Part shown: positions 30,516 to 40,624 of the stretch, one piece after another
Numbering within the stretch: the first letter of the stretch is position 1
Layout of the letters: each line of letters opens with the position of its first letter
Notes under the pieces: model-generated
Told to the model about the DNA's origin: nothing
What the model saw: only the letters and a program-made list of their open reading frames with translations
The model's database searches: none
Source: a virus
Taxonomy: Duplodnaviria > Caudoviricetes
Direction: 5' to 3' (one strand)
IMG/VR virus record: IMGVR_UViG_3300042389_000329
Coordinates: 575-64,574 of that record
Length of the DNA stretch: 64,000 nucleotides
Position numbers and translations under genes: made by a program

Positions 30516-33500
30516 TTATTGGTATTTATCTAACCAGCCGCCCTTGGTTGGTTTGTTATAGTTTGTAAAGTTAAGCAATTGATCCAACTTCTTAAGTGGT
30601 TGAGCATCAGCATTATTCACCCCACCATTCCTCTGTTTAACATTTATCTTAGGTTTCTTTCCTGTCTTAGATGTTATAAAATTTGAAAGTTTTTCCTGGT
30701 CAGCAAGCAAATCTATATCAGGCTGATTAACCTTCTTTCTTCCAGCCAGATTTTCATAGTCTGGATAGAAGGTGTTTGTTGACTCATCGTATTCACCTAT
30801 TCTTGTATTTCCTGGTCCAAATATTCCAACACCTCCACTAGGCACTGTAGAGAGAATTGTTTTTCTTACAGCCTCTGGTGTTACTGGTACCACTTTAGAT
30901 TCTTTTACAGGCTCAGGAGCTGGTGTCACCACTTTCTTCTTTGCAGGAGGAGTTGGTGTTACTACCTTCTTCTTTGCAGGAGGAGGGGTAGGTTTAGGTG
31001 TAACTGGTTTTGCTTTTGTTGTTTCATTCTTACCATACTTTTTCTCCCACTCAATCTTTTCCTGAGGGGTTCTCATGTTATACGGCTTAATAGAAAGAGG
31101 ATCATATCCATAAAAATCAACAATGTCACCATAAAGTGAACCTAATTTATGTCTATTATCACGATCTATATTTTCAAAAGTATATCGTTTAGTGGGTGTT
31201 ATTCTCGTATCATATAATATAAAAGGAGCATTTAAGTCAATTAGCATATTAGCACTTTCTCTCTTTCTATATTTCCATGGTTGATTTGTAAAACGACCAT
31301 AATAGTCTGCCATTGTAAAATCTTTGTCAACACCGCTTACTTCTCTACTAGTATAAGGATAGGTTCCACCTTTTAATTCATCAGTTAAAGTTTTTACATC
31401 CCACATGTTACTTCTAGTAATAGCATCTGAATTAGATTCTCTAACATCTGTAGCTTCATTAAGATTGTACTTTTTTTTATTTCCATAGTATTTCATTAAT
31501 TCTATGGAATTGTTATACAAAGCAAGACTATCAGCTGTTGTAGGGGCAGGGATAGTTTTACCCTTCTGAGCCACAGGGTATTCTGTAACGTATTCACCAT
31601 CAAACTCATAGTCTTCTCCTGGTTCCATGTATTGGACATCTCCTGTGTCAGAGATACCGAGAAGGGGTTGATCTACACCCTCCATAGTGATTATGTTGGA
31701 TGGGATGATGACAGGCTCACCTACATTCTCAGGGTTCCAATATCCCATAGGATCTACAGGAATATCACCACCATCTTGTAGGGTACCTGTAGCAGATGCA
31801 TAATCAGCACCCTCCTGATAACTAGCGTCTCTAATACTTCCTACGAAAGATTTAAGAGCAGCTTTGCTAGGGAAGTACATAGTCTTCTGCTCATTGTATT
31901 TGCCTGTAGGATAGGTAAAGGTGTATTTAGTTGGCTTGTTTTCAAACTGACTAGCTTTGAGAGGACTAGGCGCATTTGGTACAGGAAGTTCATATCCTAA
32001 GTCTATTGCTTCTCTAGGAATAGGGATAGGTTTTGCTAGTTTCTTACTTTCAGGAAGAGGAAAAGGTCCAATTGTTCTTGAAGTTTGTTGCTTCTTTACA
32101 GGTGGTTGTTTCTTTACAGGTGGTTGATACTTAAGACTTTTTCTTACAGGAGGATGATATATTTCTACAGCAGCACTATAAGGAAGAACATTTGTTTCTG
32201 TTAAATTTTTATTTTCCTCTAACGCTTCTGTTAACCCTTTAATTTTTCTAGATGTAGCAAAACCAGGATCTCCAACCACTATAACATCTTTAGGCACCTG
32301 AGGATATTGGGATGGACCCCAATACTGTCTAGGAAGAGATTGCTCTGTGTATTTAGGAAGAAATCTTCTTTTTCCTTGATAGTCCCCCTGTATAAGATTA
32401 CTGAATGCACCAACTAGACCAGACCCGCTCATTAAAGAAAAGTTACTAAGGTTCTTTTTTACATCAGCTCTAGCTTTAGCAAGATCTTTCTGTCCTCTTA
32501 TGTAGTTTCTAACGCTATCCTGCCAACGTCTGTAATCATTTATATCTGTTGTAATAGCGCTACCATTCTGACTAATAGTCTTAGGTTTGAAGTCTAGTCC
32601 TGCTTGGTAGTATTTCATCTCCTGTCCATTCTGTGCTGTTGTAGCTGCTTTACCTTTACCCTTTACAATTCTATTGTTAAGCTCAGAAAGTTTCTCAGGA
32701 TCATTGCCCATCACATCAAGAAGATTCTTAATCTGTAGGTTCATAGTTCCTTCCTTAGTCCTAGGGTTAAGCTCCTTTTCCCCAAGGTTTTTATACTTGT
32801 CGATGATTGACTTCATCTGATTAGGAGTGGTGGGTTGGTTACCCTTCAATCCTTCAGCTTGTCTTAGGCCATATAGAACAGCATTCACCTCAGTTTTTGT
32901 ACCAGGAAATGCACCACTTGTAATCCATGAATATTCTGGTCTAGACATTCCTGAAGCCTTCTCACTTACAAAGTCCACCTTTGGATAGGAAGGAACATCT
33001 CTTCCAGACTGAGGAGCCATGTAATCAAGAGCGTGTATCATTTCGTGACCAAGAACATAAGGAGAAACCCCTAGTTCAGGATCATAACCTTCCATCATAG
33101 TGGAAGGATCTGCAGCAATAATAGACTGTTTAGCAGGAATATATGCTGCAAGCATTCCCCTTTTTCTCATTTCAGGAGCTGGTTCTAGCTGTACAGCAGG
33201 AACCTTCTCTAATGCTTCAATTCTTTTACTAGCTATATTCTCAAACTCAGGAAGAGTTTTTCTTTCTTCATACCAGTTCTTGAGCCACTCCTTAGCAACC
33301 TTTTCACCATCCTGTGCACTAGCCTTTGTCTTCTTAGCATAGGGACCATTGGCAGGAGCAGCCCCAGCTGTACGTGCGTACGTGAATCCTACAGCACCAG
33401 GGAGAACACCACCCATTTGCATTGTTCCACCCCATGCACCGTTGTAGTTGAATCCAACATCCGTTAGACCTCCCATAGTTCCTTCTATGCCATTCTGTGC

Positions 33501-34457
33501 TTGGGGAGCATCATACTTGTCTAACCATCCACCATCTTGTTTCTTCTTAGGTGGTTTTACTTGTTTGTATCCTCTTAGCCAATCTTGCGTATAAAATTTA
33601 AAGTTTTCAAGATTTCTTAGACTAGGGTTTGGTTTGAGAATAGCAGTTTGTCCAACTTCAGTTGGTACACCTAAACCCATACCTTTTACATAAGCAGGTT
33701 GAAAAGATTCATTTGGTAAATCTGTCTCAATAAGATAATCAGCAGATCCTTTTCCTGCTGGATTTTTACTTATTTTTCCAGTTCTTTTACTTACTGTAGG
33801 TTTTCTACCCATGGGATAAAATAGTTCTCCCTTTGCAAAATATGGTGATGCAGGTTTTCTGCCAGCAAATGCAGCCTCTAGTCCTGAACCTTGCATTCTA
33901 ACTAATTGGTTTTCAAATTCTTGTAACATTCTAGGAGATACTTCTTCTCCAGCTTCTCTTACCAAACCTGTTTCAAAAGCATCATCTATCGCAGACTTTC
34001 CAACTTGTCTATACCAATTAGCTTCATTGGGTTTAAATGCCAAGGGGTTTAACTTATGAGCTTTACTTAATACACCAGTCTTTGTACTTTGTTTTACAGC
34101 TCTTGCAGCTTTAGAAGCACCAGCTCCACCTCCTAGAAAACTTAATGGATCAAGAAGTATGTCTGCAGCTATAGCCCCTGCAGGACTTTGAATATTCATT
34201 GCTTCTGAAGGAGTTTGGTATTTCCCTGTAACCAGTTTTGTTACAGCCTTTTGAGGAAAGCCAAGAGCATCTGATAATCTATCCATCATATTAGATGGAA
34301 GAGCTGTTAGCATTGTTCCTATCTGTGCCTTATAGGGCTCAGCACCACCAGCAATAGCTCCAAAGAACTTACGTTGTTGTTCTGTCAGGGGATGCCCATG
34401 CACCTCCTTATCGTGAAGGATTTTCCTTGCTTTTGTGGATGTGAGTTTCTTTGCCAT
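30516..34457 (-). CDS. Modular cargo protein with cassettes bounded by AQxG/QxGG motifs, including a zincin (1313 aa)
   Basis: About ten AQxG/QxGG motifs, GGWLDKY twice, and HEMIH...EVNA metalloprotease motif. Confidence 0.6.
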   Translation of the reverse strand: MAKKLTSTKARKILHDKEVHGHPLTEQQRKFFGAIAGGAEPYKAQIGTMLTALPSNMMDRLSDALGFPQKAVTKLVTGKYQTPSEAMNIQSPAGAIAADILLDPLSFLGGGAGASKAARAVKQSTKTGVLSKAHKLNPLAFKPNEANWYRQVGKSAIDDAFETGLVREAGEEVSPRMLQEFENQLVRMQGSGLEAAFAGRKPASPYFAKGELFYPMGRKPTVSKRTGKISKNPAGKGSADYLIETDLPNESFQPAYVKGMGLGVPTEVGQTAILKPNPSLRNLENFKFYTQDWLRGYKQVKPPKKKQDGGWLDKYDAPQAQNGIEGTMGGLTDVGFNYNGAWGGTMQMGGVLPGAVGFTYARTAGAAPANGPYAKKTKASAQDGEKVAKEWLKNWYEERKTLPEFENIASKRIEALEKVPAVQLEPAPEMRKRGMLAAYIPAKQSIIAADPSTMMEGYDPELGVSPYVLGHEMIHALDYMAPQSGRDVPSYPKVDFVSEKASGMSRPEYSWITSGAFPGTKTEVNAVLYGLRQAEGLKGNQPTTPNQMKSIIDKYKNLGEKELNPRTKEGTMNLQIKNLLDVMGNDPEKLSELNNRIVKGKGKAATTAQNGQEMKYYQAGLDFKPKTISQNGSAITTDINDYRRWQDSVRNYIRGQKDLAKARADVKKNLSNFSLMSGSGLVGAFSNLIQGDYQGKRRFLPKYTEQSLPRQYWGPSQYPQVPKDVIVVGDPGFATSRKIKGLTEALEENKNLTETNVLPYSAAVEIYHPPVRKSLKYQPPVKKQPPVKKQQTSRTIGPFPLPESKKLAKPIPIPREAIDLGYELPVPNAPSPLKASQFENKPTKYTFTYPTGKYNEQKTMYFPSKAALKSFVGSIRDASYQEGADYASATGTLQDGGDIPVDPMGYWNPENVGEPVIIPSNIITMEGVDQPLLGISDTGDVQYMEPGEDYEFDGEYVTEYPVAQKGKTIPAPTTADSLALYNNSIELMKYYGNKKKYNLNEATDVRESNSDAITRSNMWDVKTLTDELKGGTYPYTSREVSGVDKDFTMADYYGRFTNQPWKYRKRESANMLIDLNAPFILYDTRITPTKRYTFENIDRDNRHKLGSLYGDIVDFYGYDPLSIKPYNMRTPQEKIEWEKKYGKNETTKAKPVTPKPTPPPAKKKVVTPTPPAKKKVVTPAPEPVKESKVVPVTPEAVRKTILSTVPSGGVGIFGPGNTRIGEYDESTNTFYPDYENLAGRKKVNQPDIDLLADQEKLSNFITSKTGKKPKINVKQRNGGVNNADAQPLKKLDQLLNFTNYNKPTKGGWLDKYQ

Positions 34458-35323
34458 TACTTGTAAGAGATTTGGGCTGGTGTAATAATGAACTGACTAA
34501 CCAGGTGAGCATCATAGCGGTTGTCCAATATGTGTCTCACCTTCAACTCTTTAGCACGTAGGGGTTCTTTCTTAAATGATCTCTTGCCATAGTCCATATT
34601 AGCCTGGTTTACCACCTTATCCAAAGATAGGGATTCACATGTACGTATGAATAATGGTTCATGCTTATGTTTAACCAATGACCAGAATGTGTTGTATTGG
34701 TAGAAGTTGTCACTCTTGGTGAATGTAATTGTCTTACTATCAGTGTTGTATATAGGATACTTTAAGTAGTCCTTCAGGTTGTTGATTGGTTTGGGAACCA
34801 GCTCAAGCACACCTGTACTCTGTTGACCATTGTAAAGGACAGCCTTATTAAACCAAGCATTATCGGTTTCTATCTTGCGGTTGTCATCAGACACACCATC
34901 TGGATCAGAGAAGTATCTATATGCCTTAGTGTAATCTTGTACACTCTGAAGGATTTCATCTCTGTATTGATAGGCAAAAGGATACTCAATGATGTAAGGT
35001 TCAATGTTTCCGTAGAAGTAGTTATACACCACTGGATTCTTCAGGTGCCTCCAGATACATGCACTATAAGATTGAGTGTAAGTGGCTGCCACTTGTTCAT
35101 TTGGTGTCACCTCTGATATGGGGAAGTTGATAGACTTTTTGCAGCGACCAGTAGATGTAATAATAATTACACTAGCAGCGCTGTCTACACTATACACCAC
35201 CCCTTGAATCAATGTAGCCTTAGGTACACCTGTAGCTATAACATTTCCGAGGTTGTCAGAAATATCAAAAGGTCCACTCCTTGGAGAGGCTTTCACTAGC
35301 TTTATGAATACGTTTTGAGGCAT
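34457..35323 (-). CDS. C-terminal part of the tail stabilisation/muzzle protein encoded as a separate gene, with an N-terminal Ig-like domain (288 aa)
   Basis: IWRH...YNYFYG.IEPYIIEYP and WFNKAVLYNGQQSTG motifs look like the muzzle C-terminus. The N-terminal GPFDIS...GVPKATL domain is shared with 44238-44744. Confidence 0.6.
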   Translation of the reverse strand: MPQNVFIKLVKASPRSGPFDISDNLGNVIATGVPKATLIQGVVYSVDSAASVIIITSTGRCKKSINFPISEVTPNEQVAATYTQSYSACIWRHLKNPVVYNYFYGNIEPYIIEYPFAYQYRDEILQSVQDYTKAYRYFSDPDGVSDDNRKIETDNAWFNKAVLYNGQQSTGVLELVPKPINNLKDYLKYPIYNTDSKTITFTKSDNFYQYNTFWSLVKHKHEPLFIRTCESLSLDKVVNQANMDYGKRSFKKEPLRAKELKVRHILDNRYDAHLVSQFIITPAQISYK

Positions 35324-35333
35324 TTATATCTTT

Positions 35334-38300
35334 TTATAATGGAGCAGTTGTAGTGGTGGTTGTAGTTCCACATGTATTTCCACAATAAGCACCTTTTGTA
35401 ATTGTAACAGCACCACCTGTGGTGATGATGCTATTCTCCACAGCACATGTAATTACAAAAGGAGTGGTGTCACTAAGCACAGCTTCTCCTGTACTTCCGT
35501 TACAGTTAATCCACTGAATTGTTGCAGTGGGGTTAGCTGTAACTGTATATTCATAACAATTATCACATGTCACTGTAGTGGTGGTAGTAGTAGTTGGTGG
35601 AACAGTGGTTGTAGTGGTGGTTGTTGTACATTCTATACAATCGTCTTCACTTGTACAAGATGTACCACACAAGGTGATAATCACCCCTGGATCAGAATAT
35701 GGAACAGCTTCAGTGCTAAAGCACAAGTTTATAAGAGCTCCTGGATCAACAGGAATGAATGAAATGCTCTTGCTTCCACATAGATATCCAGCTACATTAT
35801 GAAAATCCTCTGTTGAGTTGTAAATAACATAACACTCACAGGGATAGGCAGTTGTGGTGGTACTTGTTGTACTACTAGTAGTAGTGGTTGTTGTAATCAC
35901 CTCACAAGCTTCACCCTCCAGATCGCAGCCTGTATATGCTGTTGTTGTAGTGGATGTTGTAGAGGTAGAGGTTGTAGTGGTGCTACTAGTGGTAGTGGTT
36001 GTAGTGTTTGGAACAGGATTAGCTACAATAGCATCAAAGTCACCACAGCAATCATTGAGCCCTGAATAGAAGAAATTGTTCTCACCAATGTACCAGTTAG
36101 GGATATAGCTGTGGAAGCTTATCCAGCTTTTGGTATTGAAGTTGAAAGACACTGTCCAGCTCTTGTTACAGAAGTAGTCTGTATCTGTAAGGAACACTTC
36201 TGTTTTGGTTAGCTTTTCTGCACCACAGCATTCTACAGGTTTTTCTAAGTAGAACTTCTTATCCGCATCATCATATATGATACCGTCCACTTTTGGAACA
36301 TAGTCAAGCTTGGTGATGATCACCCTGTCATACTTGCTATCATATACACCATGCAGTCCTACACCATTAAAGTGATTATCCACATCCACCTTAGGGAAGT
36401 AACGTAATATCTCAAATGCTAAATGGTCTGTAAAGAACCTGTTCATTCCAGAACCAAATCCTGATAGGTCAACAGCTTCTGTACCAGTGATGAGGAACAC
36501 CTGACCACGCTTAGCATCTATAGTCACTTGTCCTTGTGGTATCTTAAGGAGCACCTTGTTCTGTGTTCCTACATATCCCAAATCAGTTTCGGCAAAATCA
36601 ATTGGAGGAGCTCCTCTGAACAGCGATGGGTTACCAACATATGCTGCCTGAGGGTTGCTAGTATCAATGGTTAACAAGTTGTTGTACATCAACGTCTTGT
36701 TCTCAAATCTAGCCAGAATAGCTCTGTTTTGAATTCCATCTAAAGAGATAAGGTCTCCAAAGTTTTGAGGAAAGTCAAAATAAGATATGGCTCTGTAAAT
36801 TAACCAGTTGTTCACTCTATTATCAGCATCTATGTTTTGAGGATCTGAGTAGATGGTTCTAAACGGATACTGTGTATAACATATTGCCTTCCAATCAAAT
36901 GGTAGGTGAGTGAATGTATTCTCTCTATTTTGTTTAGAGAATGTTACATTATAGTAGTAGGTGTTGTCCTGAGCAATAGGGACATAACTTTCTTGTACCC
37001 AGTCATCAGGAATACTTGTACTTACATGTGGCCAGAAGTCACCCTCTCTGTTGTTGAAAGCTTGACGTAGATCTACGTTATATGAACTCTCACAATAGAA
37101 ATAAGGAATACCATAAGCAAACTGATACATCTTACCATTATAATATGTTCTGCCAGAACTGGTAATTGGAGTTTGCTCATTAGGACAATCAAGATTGTTT
37201 GCCTTAATTGAGAAGAAGTTTGTTAATACAGCTGTCTCAATTGACGCATCTACAAGGATGGAACGTGCTGAGTGCCAGTATTCTGGGTAGGCCACATTAC
37301 CAATCTCATCATAGAATATATCACTGTCATCAGGAGCATTTACACGATTGTCAATAAAGAAGGGTAATTTGGTCTTAAAGGCAAACTTACCGATGAACGT
37401 ATCACCACCAAAGAATGTAGCTGTAGTACCAGTTGAAGGAACCAGATCTCTTTGGAATCCTGTATCCACTGTATCATAAGAGTATATCTGTCCATACTGA
37501 TTGACAAATATGTTCTTAAGAGATCCGTAATAAGAGACAACACTTATATATTCATCCTTAGCAGGAACAGGACAATTGTCTAGATTTCCATCAACACCCG
37601 CCTCACTAAGAGTCATTCTAGACCTATCGTTTACAGTGCCTGATATAGTGGGAGTTTGATTGGGGAATGGAAGAGGAGATCTAGGACCACCTGTATAGGT
37701 TTCTTTAGTCTTTAGATATACAGAACTCTCTCTGTTCCAATTGTTTACATCCTTGTTATCGTTAACACCCTGTACACCAGGAATCAGATATTGCTTGAGC
37801 TCAAGCTCACGTTGCTTAACTCCTAGTCCATTAGCAATTGAATTACTATAGTCATAGCTAGCAATTGAGTTGTAGGAATAAGCAAAGTTCTGTCTAGTGA
37901 TACCATTTATATAGATGGTGAGGTAGGCTTGGTAGGCAGCAAACAAAGCACTGGCATTATAAGCACCAGTGGTAATAAGTGCTATCTGATTAGCGCTATC
38001 TAATGCATCCTGTTGAGCCTCAAGACTTACCAGTCTATACATAGCGTTATCTCTCACTTGTGTAAAGTGAGCCCTACCAGCACCAAATATTACGTTCTCC
38101 AGCTTCAGAACATTACCTAAGAATGGTTGCCCAAAGGATGTTTCAGGGGAGTTAAATACATGTCTGTACTTTGCACCCTCCTCATCAAACGCATTTAGTT
38201 GAGCTGGGGCACACAGATCATATCCAATTTCGTCTACTAATTCAATACTATAACCACCATCACCACTTTCATAAGTGGGAGGACTAAGAGAGGGTATAGT

Positions 38301-40619
38301 TCTAACACCACCAAATGTAGACCCATCCACTGTAAAGGTGGTTTGCTCTAGGGCTGCTTGAGGAGTGTTACAACACCCGTTTGTAGGATTCTGAGCACAA
38401 TATTCTGCCCAGTTAGCATATCCTACAGGAGGAAGTAATATAGATCCTATAAGTGCATCTATTCCACAAAGTGAACCTGCAGAAACAGGTGGATAGTAGT
38501 TAAATGTAGCAAGATCACCAGGTGCCACTGTAATTTTATACCAACTGTATGTGTTAGATATAATTGACCCAGCTGCTCCTCCACCAAATATAGGAGATGG
38601 GAAGTTTAGTGCACACAGATTAAATGATGTGTTTAGAGGAAAGTCACCACTAGCACCAATTGTTTTTTCAACAGCTTCTCCCGAATAACAGTCAATATAC
38701 TTTATAGTGCCAGGCTGTGTTGCATATATAGTGAACTGTCTACATACAGAGGATGTACTTCTAGAAGCAAGAGGAATAGTGAACGCATTGCTTTTCTCTA
38801 ACAAGAATGGGTCTTGTCTAAGATCGTTGTAAGGATAGTTGGGGAAGTAATACTCTTGACCCTCACGCTCATACTTACCCACGTTTCTAAGTATACCCTT
38901 AGCTACGATGGACTTATTGGTGCTTCTGTCACCACGGATAATCTTGAATCCAGCAATCTGACTCTTTTGTTCAGTTGTAAGATTGGAAGAGTTGATGAGA
39001 GATTGTACCTGTTGTACATCTATTTTAACACCTAGTGGGAATATAGCGTCCTTTTGGATAGCCATAGAGTTTTGGCCTGCGAAGATTGCAGACTCAAATA
39101 TGGGACTCACCAGGACATCTGGAAACTTGTGATGTCTAATAGGTTGCCCAGCAAGGTCTCCCCATAATTCATCATTACAGGGATATTCTTCTGTAGACTG
39201 CCAATAGCTAAACTCACCAAATTGGTAAGGTCCTTTGTACTCTGTTGCTGGAGAATAGCCAGGAGAGAACCCTGTCACTACAGCTGTGTTATATATCTTC
39301 CAATAAGGACTGGTTCCAGAAATAGGATCTTCTGGGTCACCTATAAAGTCATCGTTTGTTTGAGGAACAGGAGATAGGTCTAGAATGTTTGCAAGTCTAC
39401 CAGGAATATGGAATCCATCAGTTTGCTTACCGTTAGTGAGCAAGAACACTATCTCAAAAGCATACACCTCATCCCTTAGATATCCTCTAAGGTTGGTGGC
39501 ATTGAATGCATCAGCATAGGTTTCTGTATTAGGAATACGATAGGTTTCCCACTGCAGAGCGATACCGTTAGCTATCTTCTGGTAATTAATTCTTTCTACA
39601 GAAGTGAGTTGGTCCCACACCAGAATATCACGTACCGCTGTTATATCTTGAGCAATCTCGTAATATGGAAACTTCTCAAGTATGTCATTAATTGTCAGAC
39701 GAACATTGGTTTTGTTCTGACCTGTGTAAGTAATCACCTGACTAGGACCATCAATAAAATAGGTGCCTACTAACTCAACAGAGGTGATAGCATTTACAGT
39801 TCTGATAACTGCTACATTAAAATAATCGTACAGTCCTGTATTATCTAAGTTGCTGACAGTGAGCTCAATAGATCTACCCACCTGATAATTAAAATTAACA
39901 GTGGTGATACTGGGATCAGCAATAGGAGTGGGATTGGTAACAGAGTAGTAGGAAGTGAAAGGGTTTCCAGCAGGATCGGAATACTGAATAGCAAACTGAT
40001 ATGTACCTGCTTGAAGGTCACCCCCTGTGGTTATTCTAGTGACATCTAGCTGAGGAATAACAAAATCAGGCTGGACATTTAACCCGTTGCAATCTATCTC
40101 ATTGCTGTACACAGGGTCGCACGCAGGTGTACCTCCTATGAGAACATAGGGTAGGTTTTCTGGGTTGAGATCAATATATCTACGAGGATTGATTCCATCT
40201 GTCCAGTACACCTCTGTTGTGCACTCTGTAATTCTGTGGACAGCCTTATGGATGGGATGATTAATGTTGAAATTGAGACAAGGGGCACTTACATAGGTGC
40301 GATAGATACAGTCGTTATTATCCATGTAGCCAATCTCAGAAGCACCTGTTTCTGGATTGGTGATGAAGAATACATGTTTACTTCTCTCTTGGATGAAATG
40401 AGTACCTATAAGCACAAAGCCAGAAGGGAACGTAACACAAAGTTCGTTCCCTGGCTCATTCTGATAGTTTACAGAATTAGCATCAAAGTTTTCTACAGCA
40501 GCATTCAGCGCATACGTTAGCTTACCCTTAGGAATCTGGTTGAGGGTCTGATCGAGGTTTAAGCCAGTGGTAGCGTTATTATACTCCTGTCTAATATTGC
40601 CTTGTTCTTGCTCAGCCAT
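35334..40619 (-). CDS. Tail stabilisation / muzzle protein (P22 gp10-like) with Cys-rich and poly-Thr extensions (1761 aa)
   Basis: GLNLD..YALNA..YQNEPGN start, VYWTDG.NP.RYID, GY.RDEVYAF, IRHHKFPD, FFGGDTFI and WISFHSYIP motifs, plus position after the tail tube gene. Confidence 0.82.
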   Translation of the reverse strand: MAEQEQGNIRQEYNNATTGLNLDQTLNQIPKGKLTYALNAAVENFDANSVNYQNEPGNELCVTFPSGFVLIGTHFIQERSKHVFFITNPETGASEIGYMDNNDCIYRTYVSAPCLNFNINHPIHKAVHRITECTTEVYWTDGINPRRYIDLNPENLPYVLIGGTPACDPVYSNEIDCNGLNVQPDFVIPQLDVTRITTGGDLQAGTYQFAIQYSDPAGNPFTSYYSVTNPTPIADPSITTVNFNYQVGRSIELTVSNLDNTGLYDYFNVAVIRTVNAITSVELVGTYFIDGPSQVITYTGQNKTNVRLTINDILEKFPYYEIAQDITAVRDILVWDQLTSVERINYQKIANGIALQWETYRIPNTETYADAFNATNLRGYLRDEVYAFEIVFLLTNGKQTDGFHIPGRLANILDLSPVPQTNDDFIGDPEDPISGTSPYWKIYNTAVVTGFSPGYSPATEYKGPYQFGEFSYWQSTEEYPCNDELWGDLAGQPIRHHKFPDVLVSPIFESAIFAGQNSMAIQKDAIFPLGVKIDVQQVQSLINSSNLTTEQKSQIAGFKIIRGDRSTNKSIVAKGILRNVGKYEREGQEYYFPNYPYNDLRQDPFLLEKSNAFTIPLASRSTSSVCRQFTIYATQPGTIKYIDCYSGEAVEKTIGASGDFPLNTSFNLCALNFPSPIFGGGAAGSIISNTYSWYKITVAPGDLATFNYYPPVSAGSLCGIDALIGSILLPPVGYANWAEYCAQNPTNGCCNTPQAALEQTTFTVDGSTFGGVRTIPSLSPPTYESGDGGYSIELVDEIGYDLCAPAQLNAFDEEGAKYRHVFNSPETSFGQPFLGNVLKLENVIFGAGRAHFTQVRDNAMYRLVSLEAQQDALDSANQIALITTGAYNASALFAAYQAYLTIYINGITRQNFAYSYNSIASYDYSNSIANGLGVKQRELELKQYLIPGVQGVNDNKDVNNWNRESSVYLKTKETYTGGPRSPLPFPNQTPTISGTVNDRSRMTLSEAGVDGNLDNCPVPAKDEYISVVSYYGSLKNIFVNQYGQIYSYDTVDTGFQRDLVPSTGTTATFFGGDTFIGKFAFKTKLPFFIDNRVNAPDDSDIFYDEIGNVAYPEYWHSARSILVDASIETAVLTNFFSIKANNLDCPNEQTPITSSGRTYYNGKMYQFAYGIPYFYCESSYNVDLRQAFNNREGDFWPHVSTSIPDDWVQESYVPIAQDNTYYYNVTFSKQNRENTFTHLPFDWKAICYTQYPFRTIYSDPQNIDADNRVNNWLIYRAISYFDFPQNFGDLISLDGIQNRAILARFENKTLMYNNLLTIDTSNPQAAYVGNPSLFRGAPPIDFAETDLGYVGTQNKVLLKIPQGQVTIDAKRGQVFLITGTEAVDLSGFGSGMNRFFTDHLAFEILRYFPKVDVDNHFNGVGLHGVYDSKYDRVIITKLDYVPKVDGIIYDDADKKFYLEKPVECCGAEKLTKTEVFLTDTDYFCNKSWTVSFNFNTKSWISFHSYIPNWYIGENNFFYSGLNDCCGDFDAIVANPVPNTTTTTTSSTTTTSTSTTSTTTTAYTGCDLEGEACEVITTTTTTSSTTSTTTTAYPCECYVIYNSTEDFHNVAGYLCGSKSISFIPVDPGALINLCFSTEAVPYSDPGVIITLCGTSCTSEDDCIECTTTTTTTTVPPTTTTTTTVTCDNCYEYTVTANPTATIQWINCNGSTGEAVLSDTTPFVITCAVENSIITTGGAVTITKGAYCGNTCGTTTTTTTAPL

Positions 40620-40624
40620 TAGTA

